DNA of 63,437 bases, the filler included, from Licmophora abbreviata (taxonomy: Eukaryota), in assembly GCA_900291995.1 (NCBI GenBank). It is 14 parts of 14 records of this genome, joined end to end, with 100 filler letters (N's around TTAATTAATTAA, not from the genome) between each part and the next. Parts side by side here need not be neighbours in the genome. Positions count along the whole stretch, not along the records: positions 39,076 to 46,099 come from OLMU01001713.1; positions 46,200 to 47,524 come from OLMU01001715.1; positions 47,625 to 52,064 come from OLMU01001716.1; positions 52,165 to 57,008 come from OLMU01001717.1; 10 more parts are not named here. One strand, written 5' to 3'. A program made the translations under genes and the position numbers. Below the pieces are notes generated by a model that was given only the letters and a program-made list of their open reading frames with translations, made no database searches and was not told where the DNA came from. Below, one piece after another: positions 43,301 to 56,564 of the stretch. Every line of letters starts with the position of its first letter. Position 1 is the first letter of the stretch.

Positions 43301-46099
43301 TGACGACTCTGATACGAGCTCCGTGCTCAGCTTCAGCGAGAGGTCCCATGCAGGTCAATCGACGCGTAGTGCACGAAGTACCAGTCACAAGGACGAGCGT
43401 CCTGTCTCCAGACTGCGTCCGAAGAAGCCTCTGCTGTCGTCTGCAGATGACAGCATTCTGTCGACAACTCAGATGCTCACTACTAAGAGAGGCGATGCGT
43501 CGCTTGTCATCGGAGCAGACGGCACACTCGCAGGCATCATCACAGATACGGACATCACCCGTCGTGTCGTGGCGAAACGTGTCGATCCCGAATCGTCATC
43601 CGTATCTACTGCCATGACTCCCAACCCCACCTGTGTGGCAGCATCAGACCCCGCAATCGATGCGCTCCAAACCATGGTCGAGAACCACTTTCGTCATTTA
43701 CCCGTCGTTGACGATACTGGAGCAGTAGTGGGATTGCTAGACATTGCGAAATGCTTGAACGATGCTATTGGGAAGCTGGAGAAGGCTCAAATTAAGGATA
43801 GCCGGGCGGCTGAAGATGCAGTCAAGCAAGCCGTTGGGCTGAACGGAGTGGGCAATTCTCAGGCGGCAGCTCTACAGGCCCTACTTGGACCCTTGATGTC
43901 GCAGGCATTCGGGAACAAATCATCTCCAACGCTTCGCAGTATGCTTGCTGGAAAACCCGCTACAGTCGTCTCACCTGATACAAATCTACGTGACACAGGT
44001 ATCATGATGGCAGAACGACGAAAAGCCGCTTTGGTCGTCGGAGACGGCAAATTGGTCGGAATTTTTGGTTTCAAGGATATGATGAGTCGAGCTGTAGCGA
44101 AAGAGCTGCCCATGGAGGACACTCCGGTGTCAGCCGTGATGACGCCAGACCCCGAGTCTGTATCACCGGACATGACAGTGTTGGAGGCACTCCAGACCAT
44201 GCACGATAATAAATTCCTGACTCTGCCTGTTTGTGAAAAAGGTGGAGACATAGTTGGACTTGTTGATGTCATGGACTTGATTTATGGGTGTGGAGGAGCG
44301 GAAGGATGGCGATCGGTTTTCAGTCAAGCAATGGAGCTTGACGATGGTTCAGACGCAAGCTCAGTTTACAGCAGGGGGGAAGCTTCTCATGCTGCGAGGT
44401 CGATGGCGAACGCAAGAGGCAGCACGGATGCTCGACCCGTGTCGAAATTACGACCCAGGAAACCAATTCTATCTTCTGTCAACGATAGTATCCTTTCTAT
44501 GACCCAAATTTTGGCGAATAAAAGGGGTGATGCTTCTCTCGTAACGACTCCAAATGGAAGTCTCGCTGGTATTATCACCGATACCGACATTACGAGGCGC
44601 GTGGTCGCCAAAGATGTCGATCCCGCCTCGACGACAGTGTCCGTCGCGATGACCCCAGATCCAACGTGTGTGTCCATGTCAGACTCTGCCATGGACGCTC
44701 TGCAGACGATGGTCGAGAATCACTTCCGTCACCTCCCCGTTCTAGATGACGAAGGCGCGGTCGTCGGCTTGCTGGATATCGCGAAATGTCTTAACGACGC
44801 AATCAGCAAGCTCGAGCGCGCTCAGAACAAAAGTAGCAAGTCAGCCGATGATGCTGTGAAGCAGGTTGCGGGCCTTCAAGGAGCTGGAGCAGCCCAGGCA
44901 GCTGCACTTCAGGCGCTGCTAGGCCCTCTAATGGCCCAGGCGTTCGGAAACCAGGCTTCTCCAACCCTCCGAAGCCTGCTAGCTGGAAGGCCAACAACAA
45001 TAGTTAGCCCTTCGACCACTGTAAGGGAGACGGGCGTTCTGATGGCTGATCGACGAAAAGCGGCTCTTGTGGTTGAAGATGACAATCTCGTTGGAATTTT
45101 CGGGTTCAAGGACATGATGACTCGCGCTGTTGCGAAGGAGATCTTGATCGACAAGACTCCCGTGTCTACAGTCATGACCCCCAACCCGGAATCTGTTTTG
45201 CCTGATGTGACTGTCCTTGAGGCCTTGCAGACCATGCACGACAATGGATTTTTAACGCTGCCTGTTTGCGAGGAAGACGGACAAGTGGTTGGAATCGTCG
45301 ATGTCATGGATCTCATTTACGGTTGCGGAGGCGCAGAGGGTTGGCGATCAATATTTAGTCAGGCGATTGATCTCGATGACTCATCCGAAACGAACAGTGT
45401 GTTCAGTCGCGAGAAATCTGTTCGTTCAAAGCGTATCAGCAACCGAAGCGTCGACAACCAAAAGCAAGACTCGAGGTTGGTGTCAAAGCTACGTCCAAAG
45501 AAGCCTTTAATGTCCTCGCCTTCAGACAGTATTTTGTCAATGACCCAGATGCTATCAAAACGGCGAGGCGATGCCTCCGTTGTTGTGGACGAAAGGGGAA
45601 CTTTGGCTGGAATCATCACCGACACTGACATTACGCGTCGTGTTGTTGCCAAGCACGTGGACCCCGAGTCGGCAGCTGTATCTGTTGCGATGACACCAAA
45701 TCCAACCTGCGTGGCGACGACAGACTCTGCCATGGATGCACTGCAGACCATGGTGGAAAATCATTTTCGCCATTTGCCTGTGATAGGGGAGGATGGGACT
45801 GTTATTGGGTTGCTTGATATCGCCAAGTGTCTCAACGATGCTATCTCTAGGCTTGAGCGGGCACAGGAGAAGAGTAACAAGACTGCCGAGGACGCTGTCA
45901 AACACGTTTCTGGGCTCCAAGGGGCTGGTGGTGCACAAGCAGCCGCCTTGCAGGCTCTACTGGGCCCCCTGATGGCGCAAGCGTTGGGTAGCCAGTCGTC
46001 ACCAACGCTTCGTAGCTTGCTTGCTGGGAAGCCCGCAACTATCGTTGGCCCCGAGACAAGCTTGCGTGAGGCCGGAATGTTGATGGCGGAACGGCGAAA
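37360..46099 (+). CDS. myo29: Giant myosin (class 29-like): motor, IQ, UVR-like helical repeats, tandem CBS arrays; introns 37456-37680, 38060-38144, 39974-40057; frameshift ~41705; 3' end lost in gap
   Basis: P-loop GESGAGKTE, NDNSSRFGK, LLEKTR, ERNYHIFYQ, IGVLDIYGFE, PHYIRCIKPN, QLRYSG, IGHSKIF. The tail carries repeated GIITDTDITRRVVA / ENHFRHLPV / GIFGFKDMM / FLTLPV CBS units. Confidence 0.92.
42355..46099 (+). repeat. Coding tandem repeat of about 1.04 kb (about 347 aa, four CBS motifs per unit); 3 full copies and 1 partial
   Basis: Units begin at about 42355, 43395, 44430 and 45470 with (E/A/S)R(P/L)VS(K/R)LRP(K/R)KP. Protein sequence is conserved while synonymous sites have diverged. 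Confidence 0.9.
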
Positions 46100-46399
46100 N
46101 NNNNNNNNNNNNNNNNNNNNNNNNNNNNNNNNNNNNNNNNNNNTTAATTAATTAANNNNNNNNNNNNNNNNNNNNNNNNNNNNNNNNNNNNNNNNNNNNT
46201 GTCATACGTTGAGGTTCCAAGCTCCAGATTCCACTGATCGCAATGCGCGGAGAATTCACACAACACACATCACAAAGCCACGACAAAAGCGACTAGCGTT
46301 GAGCTGAATTGAACGACAAAACCGCCCGCCTCCTCTCGCTCTAGTGTTGCTAAGGCTCTCTGAGTCATCTGGGGAAGTATAGGATCGAGATATTCGCAA

Positions 46400-47236
46400 A
46401 TGAGTGCCGCAATCGACCATGGATCCGACGATTCGGTTGTGCCCCTAGTCAAGAAAGACAGGAGCTCGCGCCCAGTCTCTTCGCTCGATCCCGAGACGAT
46501 TCGAGTCTATATCATGTCCATGTAAGAATGAGTCGGATAATGTCAGCGTATCTCTTGGTTGGAAATGTTTTCATAACTCATGAATCCATTATTTTCGTTG
46601 TCATGTACATACTTCAGTTTGACGCGACTGCGCGGCAAGGTAACCATGGACACACTGCGTCCGTTGCCCATGTTTCTGGGTCTGACAGGCCCCGCTTTGT
46701 GCATCTCGGCGGGGGCATTCAACCCTCCGGTGAGAAAAATGGATAAGTCGCTGGTTGAAAAAGTTCGATCCCGAATTCGTTTGAACTTTGCCTTTTTCTT
46801 GACGAATTATGCGCTCGTCATGCTTGGAGTCGCCATTGTTGTGGCCCTAAGTCACCCCGGCATGTTGCTATTTATGGGACTTGTGAATTCATTGTGGTGG
46901 GTACATTCCTATATGATCCGAAACGAAGTGGTTGTGGGAGGCGTCAATCTGGGTACGGTACTGAGTATATCGCAGCGAACGACGGTGCTCAGTGTCGTCA
47001 CTGCTGTTGTCATTGTCTGGAAGTGTTTGATACCAGTCATCAGTTTCGTGTCCATAAGTGGACTATTGGTGCTCTCGCATGCGTGCATGCGAGATCCTAA
47101 TCATATTGAGAACTCAGGGGATCTGTTTGGCGACGGCGACGAGCAGGAAGATGATCTTGGTGTAAGACGACCAATCACCTCTTCCATTAGCTCGGCGGAG
47201 AGCGGTGTCATGGTGGAACGTGGAGATGTCATCTAG
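46400..47236 (+). CDS. PRA1 (prenylated Rab acceptor) family protein; intron 46522-46617
   Basis: LRP...F, RIRLNFAFFLTNYALV, four TM segments, LVLSHACMRD. The GTAAG...CAG intron joins ATG 46400 in frame. Confidence 0.85.
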
Positions 47237-47518
47237 TAGGCGCGATACCCAGCGCTTCAGACGAGGAGTCAGGATGTGGGAAACTGTTGAAGTAAATTTC
47301 GCCTAGTGTGCAGTAGCATCGTCGGAGGCAGAACTATATCCTTTTCTATCGACGAAAATGTATAGAGGGAGTTGATTGACAATAGTAAAGCGTGTTTGCA
47401 GTCGAAAGCTTCCTTTATCCACAGAAGATTCCGGTGCCTTTCTTTTACCATTTTTCTCAACTGGCTTTCGCCACTTCCTTTGCAACACTTTACTCCCTCT
47501 CTTCCATCGTCACAATCA

Positions 47519-48407
47519 ATGAGTNNNNNNNNNNNNNNNNNNNNNNNNNNNNNNNNNNNNNNNNNNNNTTAATTAATTAANNNNNNNNNNNNNNNNNNNN
47601 NNNNNNNNNNNNNNNNNNNNNNNNTTGAGCCTGCGGTTGCGGGGCTGGATCCCCGAACGCAAGCGCCGTCGCAAGTAAACGAACCGTACGTATACATTGT
47701 ACGAGAGTATTGTGCATGTCGCATTTGCGTCTCATGAGTGTACATGTACGTTTTCCTGATATCAGGTTCCCCGGCGAGCTTTCTCAGATCAACGTGGCTG
47801 CTTTGCGAGGGACCACAGGAGCGGACTTTGAGAGCAAGGCGGCAGTGCTTCGAGGAGCGCCGGAAAAGAATCTACTTAAGCGATGGCTTCCTTGGTGCTT
47901 TGACGAGCGTGATTTTGTCGCTTACGGCGAGGTGGGTCTCGGATGATGTCCCTATGCTCGAAAGATGTTGTTGCTGTGTGTCCAATGACCTCTCATCCTC
48001 ACACTACCTATACTCCATCGCAGGCTCTTCGATTCGTCTTAGTTAAAGGCGACTGCTGTTTCGTCTTTGCAGAAGAGACTGATCCATCACCACTGTACGC
48101 AATTCCATTGGAAGGAATCAACCCGATATTGGAAGATCCTAAAAGACCGGATCGAGATGCAGTCACGATATCACCGACCGCCAACGCCAAGAAGCCACGA
48201 GAAGAAATGGTGACTATCTTGCTCAAGTACCTGAACGGCAAACAAGCCTACCAGTTTACCTTTGATACACGTGACGACAATAGTGTCGCGAAACGATTCT
48301 TCGATGTCGTAGTCCACAATACGCGACGTAAGGGACGGGTGACGGCGTCCGTTGTGACGGCCAATCAACTCGGCAAAGCAGCGGCCAAGGCGCAACCAAT
48401 GCTTTGA
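47519..48407 (+). CDS. PH-domain-like protein; 5' part interrupted by a gap, intron 47932-48023
   Basis: Spliced ...YGE-ALRFVLVKGDCCFVFAEETDPSPLYAIPLEG...YQFTFD...AKRF fits a PH strand pattern. Start codon is uncertain. Confidence 0.55.
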
Positions 48408-48658
48408 GAATCGTAGGAAGTGTAAAGTAGTAGAGAATTGCAAAATAAGCACGAGAGGTTCGCATCTTGTTCGCCCATGCTCTGGTTCAAAATCGCCGCA
48501 AGCGTAGCGTCGTAAGAGGACATACCTCTAGCTCATTAGGGATAGCGATTCAGACAAAACACAGTGGTGGCGATTTTTGAGATGGCAGATCGCGATGCTG
48601 TATAGTGGCATTACATCAGGTCCACCACCATACAGTTCCCATAAGAAACAGTAGAGCA

Positions 48659-51600
48659 ATGAGCTCATCTTTTACGCTTGAAAAGCTCAACACTTTGTTG
48701 GTACAAGACGAGGAACACCGGAGGAGCGAGGAAGAAGAGTTGAGACGGAAAAACGCGCAATTGGAGCCAATTCAAGAGTCCATTCGCGACATCTACCGAA
48801 AGCACGGTATCCTGACACCCTCTACCGGCCACTACAAGCGCCCCATTTCAGCCAACTTGTTTCGATGCTCAATTTCAGCACCCCAGACAACGCTGGTGTC
48901 GTGGTCGCTTTTGCCAAACAAGATCCGATCCAGACTTACGGCGCCGCCGACCGACGAGAATGGTATCGTCGAAGTGCCAATCTCTTATCTAGTACCCGAC
49001 GACGACGAAGATCAAGACGGCACCTCAAATACACTACAGCGACGTCCCCTCGGTGGAAACCTTAGCTCGAAGCTCACCGAATATACACGGGGTGTTGCGG
49101 GACAAGCGCGGCCCTTTCGACCCGGTGGCTTGGACGCCTCTGAACTTTCGAGCAATACTTTGGATGACGAACAAGAATTGCTAGAGGCGATGCTTCGGGC
49201 CAGAGAAGTGTTCAAGAAAGGCTCGGAAGCCGCGTGGAGAGACGGAACGCTTTTGACGGCCCCGCCAGGCGTCGGGTTCAAGGTGGGACTTGGGTGGAAA
49301 CATGTGTCCGGCGAGGATATCCCGAAAGGTATGGATGTCACCGGCGGAACGTCTGCCGTTGATGATGTAGCAAGATCTACTGATGAGGTGGCCCGGGGAA
49401 TGGGAAGAAAATCTGCGTCTCGAGATACGGCGAATGGCTCCGTGCAGCCTGGAAGATCAGAGCGCGTGTGGGACAAGGCTGTCTTTGATGACGATTCGTT
49501 GTTCGGAGATAGTAGTAGCGAGAGAGACGAATCATCCTTGGACGGAGAGACTGGGTCCGAAACAGAATACGAAAAGGAAGGAGCGAGCTCAAAGCCAGTC
49601 GAGGAAAGCGTAGCTTCAACAGTATCGCAAGCACGGGAAGTGGTAGCCGGGAGCATTGACGAAGTAGATTACTTGCTCGCAGAGCTCTCCCTGGCTGACA
49701 ATGGCACATACACAAAAAAGAAACCGGTCGAAGCTTTCGGGTCGAACCCCCTCCGGCTCGCTCAGGAACAGGAAAACCTAGCGCAGAACGCTTCAAGAAA
49801 GTCTTGGGCAGATACAGTACCACTGCGCATTGACGACTTCGACACGCACATTCCAAATCCAGCCTTACGATTTCCATTTCAATTGGACGACTTCCAGCAA
49901 CAGGCCGTAGCCCGTATCGAGAGATCGGAGTCCATATTTGTCGCGGCACATACATCTGCTGGCAAGACAGTTTGTGCTGAGTACGCGATCGCTCTTTGTC
50001 AACAACACTGTACCCGTGCTGTCTACACATCACCAATTAAAGCATTGTCGAATCAAAAATTTCGTGATTTCTCGAACAAGTTTGGAGCTAAGAATGTGGG
50101 GCTCATTACGGGCGACATGCAGCTCAATGTCGACGACTCTACAGTTCTCATTATGACAACAGAAATCCTTCGGTCGTAAGTCCGTTCTCTCGGTATCTAA
50201 CATTGACCTTTTGCCGTGCTCACGCCGTTCAATCCTTTCGCCACAGCATGCTGTACCGAGGAGCAGACCTGATCCGGGACATCGAATGGGTGATATTCGA
50301 TGAAGTTCACTACGTAAACGATTCAGAGAGAGGTGTCGTTTGGTAAGTTGTTGTTCAAACATTACTTACGGTGATGGACTTTTGACGCTTCGAGCCGCCT
50401 TCTAACCTTTGCCTTGCATCGTACGACAGGGAAGAAGTCATTATTATGCTCCCCTCGTACGTGAATTGCATTTTTCTGTCCGCGACAACGCCCAATACTA
50501 TCGAATTCTCAGATTGGATTGGCAGAACGAAGCGAAAGCCGGTTCATGTCATCCGCACCAGTTATCGCCCAGTTCCACTTTCGCATTTTCTCTGGGCGGG
50601 TCTCAAACTCCACAAGATCAGGGAGGGCAAAGGAAACTTCCTAGAGAAAGGTTACAAGGAATCAGCCAGGGCTTTGCTCCCCCCCTCGTCCACAAAGAAG
50701 GGTGCGAATGACAAGAAAAGCTCTGGGTCGAGACCGACTGCCGGAGCCAAGCACATGGCTTGGCAGCAGCAGGGCAGCAAACAGAACTGGCAATCCCTAG
50801 TGAAGTTTCTGGATCGCGAGAGCATGACGCCGACCGTAGTATTCTCCTTTTCGAAAAAAGTAAGTAGATCGAACAGACATGCATTTATTACTTGATCGCA
50901 TGCGAAGATCTTAAACACTTCGTGTTTCGCCCTCTGATAGAAATGCGAAGAGATAGCGTACATGATTCGCAGCCTCGACCTCAATACCGGGGCGGAGCGG
51001 AGTGCGGTTCAAGCATTCACGATACAAACCGTTGCACGGCTGTCGCCCAACGACGCTACTCTACCGCAGGTTCTTACAGTCTGCGACATGTGCAAACGAG
51101 GTATTGGAGTTGTAAGTTTTTGAGTGCCTCCTTTTTGTCAGTCGTGAGGGGAACGAGTCATTCTTTTCTCACATTTTAAAACTTCTTCCAGCACCACGGG
51201 GGTCTACTCCCGATCTTGAAGGAGATGGTCGAGATCCTTTTTTCGCGAAACCTCATAAAAGTGCTTTTTGCAACTGAAACGTTCGCAATGGGAGTCAACC
51301 TTCCTGTTCGTTCCGTCGTCTTCAACTCAATACGCAAGCACGATGGCACTCAGTTTCGGATACTCGAACCTGGAGAGTATACACAGATGGCGGGTCGTGC
51401 TGGTAGAAGGGGCATTGACTCTGTCGGAACGGTTATTCTGTGCTGCTTTGGGGAGGAGCCACCGCCTATGCCTATTCTGCGTCATATGCTGACGGGATCA
51501 TCAACAAAACTTTCTTCGCAGTTCCGCCTTACATATAACATGATTCTGAATCTACTCAGAGTAGAAGATATGAGTGTCGAGGGCATGATCAAACGATCCT

Positions 51601-53339
51601 TCTCTGAGTTTGCCACTCAGCGCGCTCTCACCGCAAACGACTACCCAAAGCTCCTGGCCCGTGGCGAGAAGACGCTGGAGAAACTGGATGACCAATTCCG
51701 TCGAGGCGCCAGCAGCAGAATTGGAGCCGATGACCTGGAGGCGTATTTCGATGCATGCTCCGATCTCATTGCGCTGAACTCCGAATTGCTCTCCTATATT
51801 CTACAGTCACCCGACGGAAAAGGATCAGATGTTTACGGGCGAAGGCGAATTGTGCTCGTGACGGCGGCCCGCAAACACGGCTATGTGAGGGCACCGGCGA
51901 TCGTACTTCGACCACCGTCTTTGTTGGGAGGCGGTGATTCGAGGTCGTCATTGAGAAAAATGGTGTGTATGGTGCTACTCCCAGAGAGCTATGTTCCACA
52001 AGATGATGTGAGTGCGACCAAAGCGCTTACAAAGTCAGGAACACTCGGCTTCACGGGAACAAGCNNNNNNNNNNNNNNNNNNNNNNNNNNNNNNNNNNNN
52101 NNNNNNNNTTAATTAATTAANNNNNNNNNNNNNNNNNNNNNNNNNNNNNNNNNNNNNNNNNNNNACCGTCATTATGCTATTCACGAGATCGATATGGACG
52201 AAATTGTGCTTGTTTCGTCAAGAGCACCCAAAGTAGAGGTAGAAGCAGTGTTCAGGGACGTCGCGACTCCGCATACGAAGGGCCGCACCGGTCCATCCTC
52301 GAGATTAGACACATTTCCTAATGCTTTTCCTGCGGTAAGGAATGGCGGTGGCGACTTCGATGCATTCATGGGTGTGAAACCGAAGGGCAAGAAAGGCGCT
52401 GAATCGCAATCACTGCTTTTCGGCTCGAAACTAGCATCAGCTGAAGAAGAGAACATTAAAAAGATCGTAGAACATCTTTTGGAAGCAGAGGCAGACGAAC
52501 GAAGCTCAGATCTCAATGTATTGGATTTGCGCGACAAAGTGAAGAGAGGCAATGAGGTTTTGGAATTCCGAAAGGCCTGCGATAAGATGGAATCTCTGGT
52601 TGTCTTCATGAGAAGCTTTCAATCCCACCACCACCCGAATATTGAAGGCCATTACACCGTTTTAGAACGCAAGGAAACGCTTCGTTCACGCGTCGCCACA
52701 CTTCGTCACTTGCTTTCCAATGAGTCACTGCAACTCTTCCCCGATTTCTTACAACGCAAGGCTCTGCTCCGGACACTTGGCTATGTTGATGAAAGCGAAA
52801 CTGTATGCGTCAAGGGAAGAGTAGCATGTGAAGTGAACACATGTGAAGAGTTGATTGTAACGGAGATGGTTTTCGAAGGCGTCTTGAACGACCTCGAACC
52901 AGCTGAAATAGTGGCGGCGCTGAGCTCGCTTGTGTATCAGGAGAAGCGAGACACGGAAGAATTTGACGCGGAACTCCCTGAGACACTGATCCTTTGCTGC
53001 GAGAAAATGAAGACGATCGCAACGAATCTGGGACAGCTTCAAAAGGAACATGGGCTTGACATTGACCCAAAAGACTACAGCGACGCATCCCTCAAATTCG
53101 GGCTCGTCCACGTGGTTTATGAATGGGCACTGGGTGTCCAATTCAGTAGCATATGTGAGCTTACTCTCGTTCAGGAAGGATCCATTGTTCGGTGTGTGAC
53201 GCGACTGGACGAACTCTGCCGAGAAGTACGAAATTGTGCTCGTGTGGTTGGCAATCCGACACTGTATCGGAAAATGGAGCTGGCAAGTGCAGCTATCAAG
53301 CGCGACATCGTATTTGCGTCGAGTTTGTACGTGACCTAG
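48659..53339 (+). CDS. SKI2: Ski2 (SKIV2L) DExH-box RNA helicase; introns 50176-50246, 50343-50429, 50860-50940, 51112-51191; spans a gap
   Basis: PFRPGG (Ski2-N), [57 protein letters not shown] end [12 protein letters not shown]. Confidence 0.95.
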
Positions 53340-53854
53340 ATATCCCCGAAAATAAGGAAATCGTGTTTGCTAGCACTTTTCAACCTGCTACCAGTTGCAA
53401 CATACAGTCCCGATTGCACCCTAGGAGGAGGTCTAAGGATAGCTTTCCTTCTCCTGGGGTGGGCTATAAGTTAGGAACCGACAGAGAGTCATGTAAGCAT
53501 CGAAAATTGGAAGATGCATAGACTATGGCGCAGAGAGCTCTCACGAACGTTCTTTCGAATGAGAGCAGAGAGGCGGAAGTTGATGTCCGTCATGATCGTT
53601 TTTGTCAGTGCGTCGGTCGTCAACCCACAGGCCACGTCACCAGCATGGAAGATGGCGGCTGGCCCGGCTCGGCCACCACCCTCGCGTCTCGCCGCGTTGC
53701 TTCACACGGAGAAGAAAGATTGACCATGGGAATTCGTTTGCGACAGCAACGCATTATTTCGTTTCTCATTGCTTCTTTGTATTCTTCTGGTCAGAATTAA
53801 AGCCACAAGACCGTCCGAAAGCGACAAGCAATATCGACCTTGACCGAAACAAAA

Positions 53855-55228
53855 ATGTCCAAAACTTCGTCAACGCCGCCAAAGGCGGCTTCCTCGGACG
53901 ACGACTCGTCCAGTTCTTCCACCTCATCTGATGCGCCTGCAGAGCCTTCTACCCCGATGTTGGACTTTCGAACTCGGACCGAATGGTTCAGTTTTTCAGT
54001 CGGAATTGGTTTGCTGGTTCTGACTGGTCCCTTTGTCGGAGTGGTTGTGTTTGCAAGCATGATCTGGGAGGCGCTGGACCGCAAGTTCGAGGGAGGCTTT
54101 GTCGACAGCGGCAAGGAGCTGACGGGATTCCTCTTCACGACAAGTATTCCATGGCTTCAACGAAAGACAGAGGGCTTCAACAAACGGTTTGTCAAGAGAC
54201 CCGACGACGCATACATGATGAACTGCATTGTGTCGTACGGTGTGTTCGTGCCAATCATGTTCTTCGCTTGTGCCTGGTATGCTTACAACCACGCCGAGAA
54301 TCACATGACACCCTACACTGTGCTCTTTGTCTATCACCTGATAAGAATCGGCCCATACTTTATGAACTTTGCGTACGTTTACACGCTCTGCCACAAAGAA
54401 GGCCACTCCCGTGCTGGTCTCTATGCCAAACCCTACAACGATTCCCTCTTGCTTAGGAATATCTTCAACTGGTGGATTGGTATGTTCTACGGTGTCCTTC
54501 CCGCTACTTTTGCCTACGGTCACTCGATCAATCATCACAGATACAACAACGGTAAACTGGACGTCATTAGCACTGCCGACAAGCCGCGTGACAATTTTTG
54601 GAACTGGGTGGCGTACTTGCCGCGGTACGTGCTCTATGCCGTGAACATCAGCACTGTGAAACAGTTTGCGAGCGAAGCGAACTGGAACGTTGTAAACAAA
54701 GTGATTCTGGGAAGTCTTTGGTTCTTTGCATGGCTGGCCTTGAATGCCGTGATGATTGGACCGATGTTTGCTCTGTGTTTCGTCGCGTTTCCGTTCTTTG
54801 AAGCTTCGTTGTTGCTTGCTGCTGTGAACTGGAGCTGGCACGCATTTTTGGATCCAGCCGATCCTTCCAACGAGTATGTCCAGAGTATTACTATTTTGGA
54901 GGGCAGCATCAACGTACTGAACGAAGACTCGCATGTAGTCCACCATCAAGTACCTGGCTCGCATTGGACGGACCATCCGATGCACATGCGCAAGGTGTGG
55001 GACAACTATGTGGAGAATCGTGCCAGCTGTTTCCGAGGTACTCATGCCTTTGAAGTTTTTGGTATGTCGGTAGCACGTGATTACGACGCGCTTGCACGTA
55101 AGTTTGTCGATCTGAAGGGAGAGCGAGATGGCTCGCCGATGTCGCACGACGAAAAGGTTGAGCTCATGAAAGAACGCCTCCGAGGATGCTGGTGGGGTCC
55201 TCGCTTGGTCGATACAAAGACTGCGTAG
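53855..55228 (+). CDS. Membrane fatty-acid desaturase/hydroxylase superfamily protein
   Basis: Three His boxes (HKEGH, HSINHH, HVVHH) and multiple TM segments. No cytochrome b5 domain. Confidence 0.8.
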   Translation: MSKTSSTPPKAASSDDDSSSSSTSSDAPAEPSTPMLDFRTRTEWFSFSVGIGLLVLTGPFVGVVVFASMIWEALDRKFEGGFVDSGKELTGFLFTTSIPWLQRKTEGFNKRFVKRPDDAYMMNCIVSYGVFVPIMFFACAWYAYNHAENHMTPYTVLFVYHLIRIGPYFMNFAYVYTLCHKEGHSRAGLYAKPYNDSLLLRNIFNWWIGMFYGVLPATFAYGHSINHHRYNNGKLDVISTADKPRDNFWNWVAYLPRYVLYAVNISTVKQFASEANWNVVNKVILGSLWFFAWLALNAVMIGPMFALCFVAFPFFEASLLLAAVNWSWHAFLDPADPSNEYVQSITILEGSINVLNEDSHVVHHQVPGSHWTDHPMHMRKVWDNYVENRASCFRGTHAFEVFGMSVARDYDALARKFVDLKGERDGSPMSHDEKVELMKERLRGCWWGPRLVDTKTA

Positions 55229-55988
55229 AAGGCAGAAGCAATCTTCTAGAGCAGTAACGTAACGGGTGCTGAATGTGCACGTAGGATGAGCCTCTTATGA
55301 GACAAAACAGCCATAAGTCGTATCTCGCAATGTCGCTCTTCATCGACTTTTGTTCTCGTACAGTGGCATACATAGTACTCGAACCTTTTACCGCGTCAAG
55401 TTGATCCTTTCTGTGTGTATCCTGCACTGTCTGTGAGCCACAGTTCGACCTATCATACGAAGTTTGAAGAATAACGTTGCCGAGCCGGGTATAGATCGGC
55501 CCACAAAATCCAAAAGCGTATCAAACACCGTGGGGTGTGTGTACCGCCGGACCGTCGCCGGGAAGTGCCTCCACAAGCCGTGGTTGGGTGCAATAAGTAT
55601 CACAATGACCGAGTGATAAATCTTAGAATTTACGTATCTTCTACAGAGATTCTGTACAAGCGATTCCGAAAATATTGCCCCAGCGGAAATTCTCACCTTC
55701 ATACGATGACCCCACAATTTCGAAACTGGCATTTTTGCGGCTCATCCGTTGCTCACTCCATTGTTTGTCAACGTTGAGTGTCCCATCCCGCGCTTGTCAA
55801 GTTAGAGGTGAACCGGAATCTCCCATCAGAGAGACTTCCGATCAGAGATTGCCATTATTATTGCTGAGTTCTGTCTCTGTAAACACATACGAATCCATAG
55901 AAAGACCAACGATCCTTCGCTTTGCGACAAAACAACAAACTGAGTCTTACCCGGATCGGATAACAATCATACTTGATCACTCACTATC

Positions 55989-56564
55989 ATGATGAAATAC
56001 TCCACAAACGATGAGCTTGAAGCCATTGAACGCTCCGCACGTATGGCAACATCCACTTCCTCTTCCAAGCACGATTCTCGAAGGGGCTCTTCATTGTTTG
56101 CAGTCCATGACGCCGCCGGAGATCTTCTCGTGGACTTCCCTCTCGACGACGAGCAGCCAAACAAGTACGACACCCATAAGGTCACGAAGGGAGCCTCGAG
56201 CATTCCTCCTACCAAGGTCAACCCCCTTTCAGCGGCAGCCCGTGGTGATGGAGGAGGCGGTGGACCTCGTCGTGACAGTGTGGTCCTTCAGCCTCTGAGT
56301 GGACTTGGTGGACTTATCGACTTCGATGATTCAGACTTTGAAGATTCCGAGGATGAAGAGATTCCAACATATTCGCGTCGTCTCCCTGGAGCGCCCATGC
56401 CTGGTATGGGAAACGCTCCTGGCGGTCCGAATCATCGTCCCATGGTCGGAGGTTTCGCAGCAGCGGCGTATGAAGCTGCTCGAGCCGACCACTACCAAAA
56501 GGGCCCGAAAGGAAAGAGCAAGGTTAACATTCCTAAGAGGACTGGACCGCCTCCCTCTATCTAA
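55989..56564 (+). CDS. Hypothetical low-complexity protein
   Basis: 191-aa ATG ORF with an acidic tract and a structured-looking C-terminal motif HRPMVGGFAAAAYEAARADHY. Confidence 0.6.
   Translation: MMKYSTNDELEAIERSARMATSTSSSKHDSRRGSSLFAVHDAAGDLLVDFPLDDEQPNKYDTHKVTKGASSIPPTKVNPLSAAARGDGGGGGPRRDSVVLQPLSGLGGLIDFDDSDFEDSEDEEIPTYSRRLPGAPMPGMGNAPGGPNHRPMVGGFAAAAYEAARADHYQKGPKGKSKVNIPKRTGPPPSI

Noticed and set aside
42236..45751. Repeating antisense ORFs similar to each other
   Set aside because: They mirror the sense-strand CBS repeats.
53996..55147. 383-aa antisense ORF
   Set aside because: Shadow of the desaturase-like gene with no recognisable motifs; expected from codon bias.
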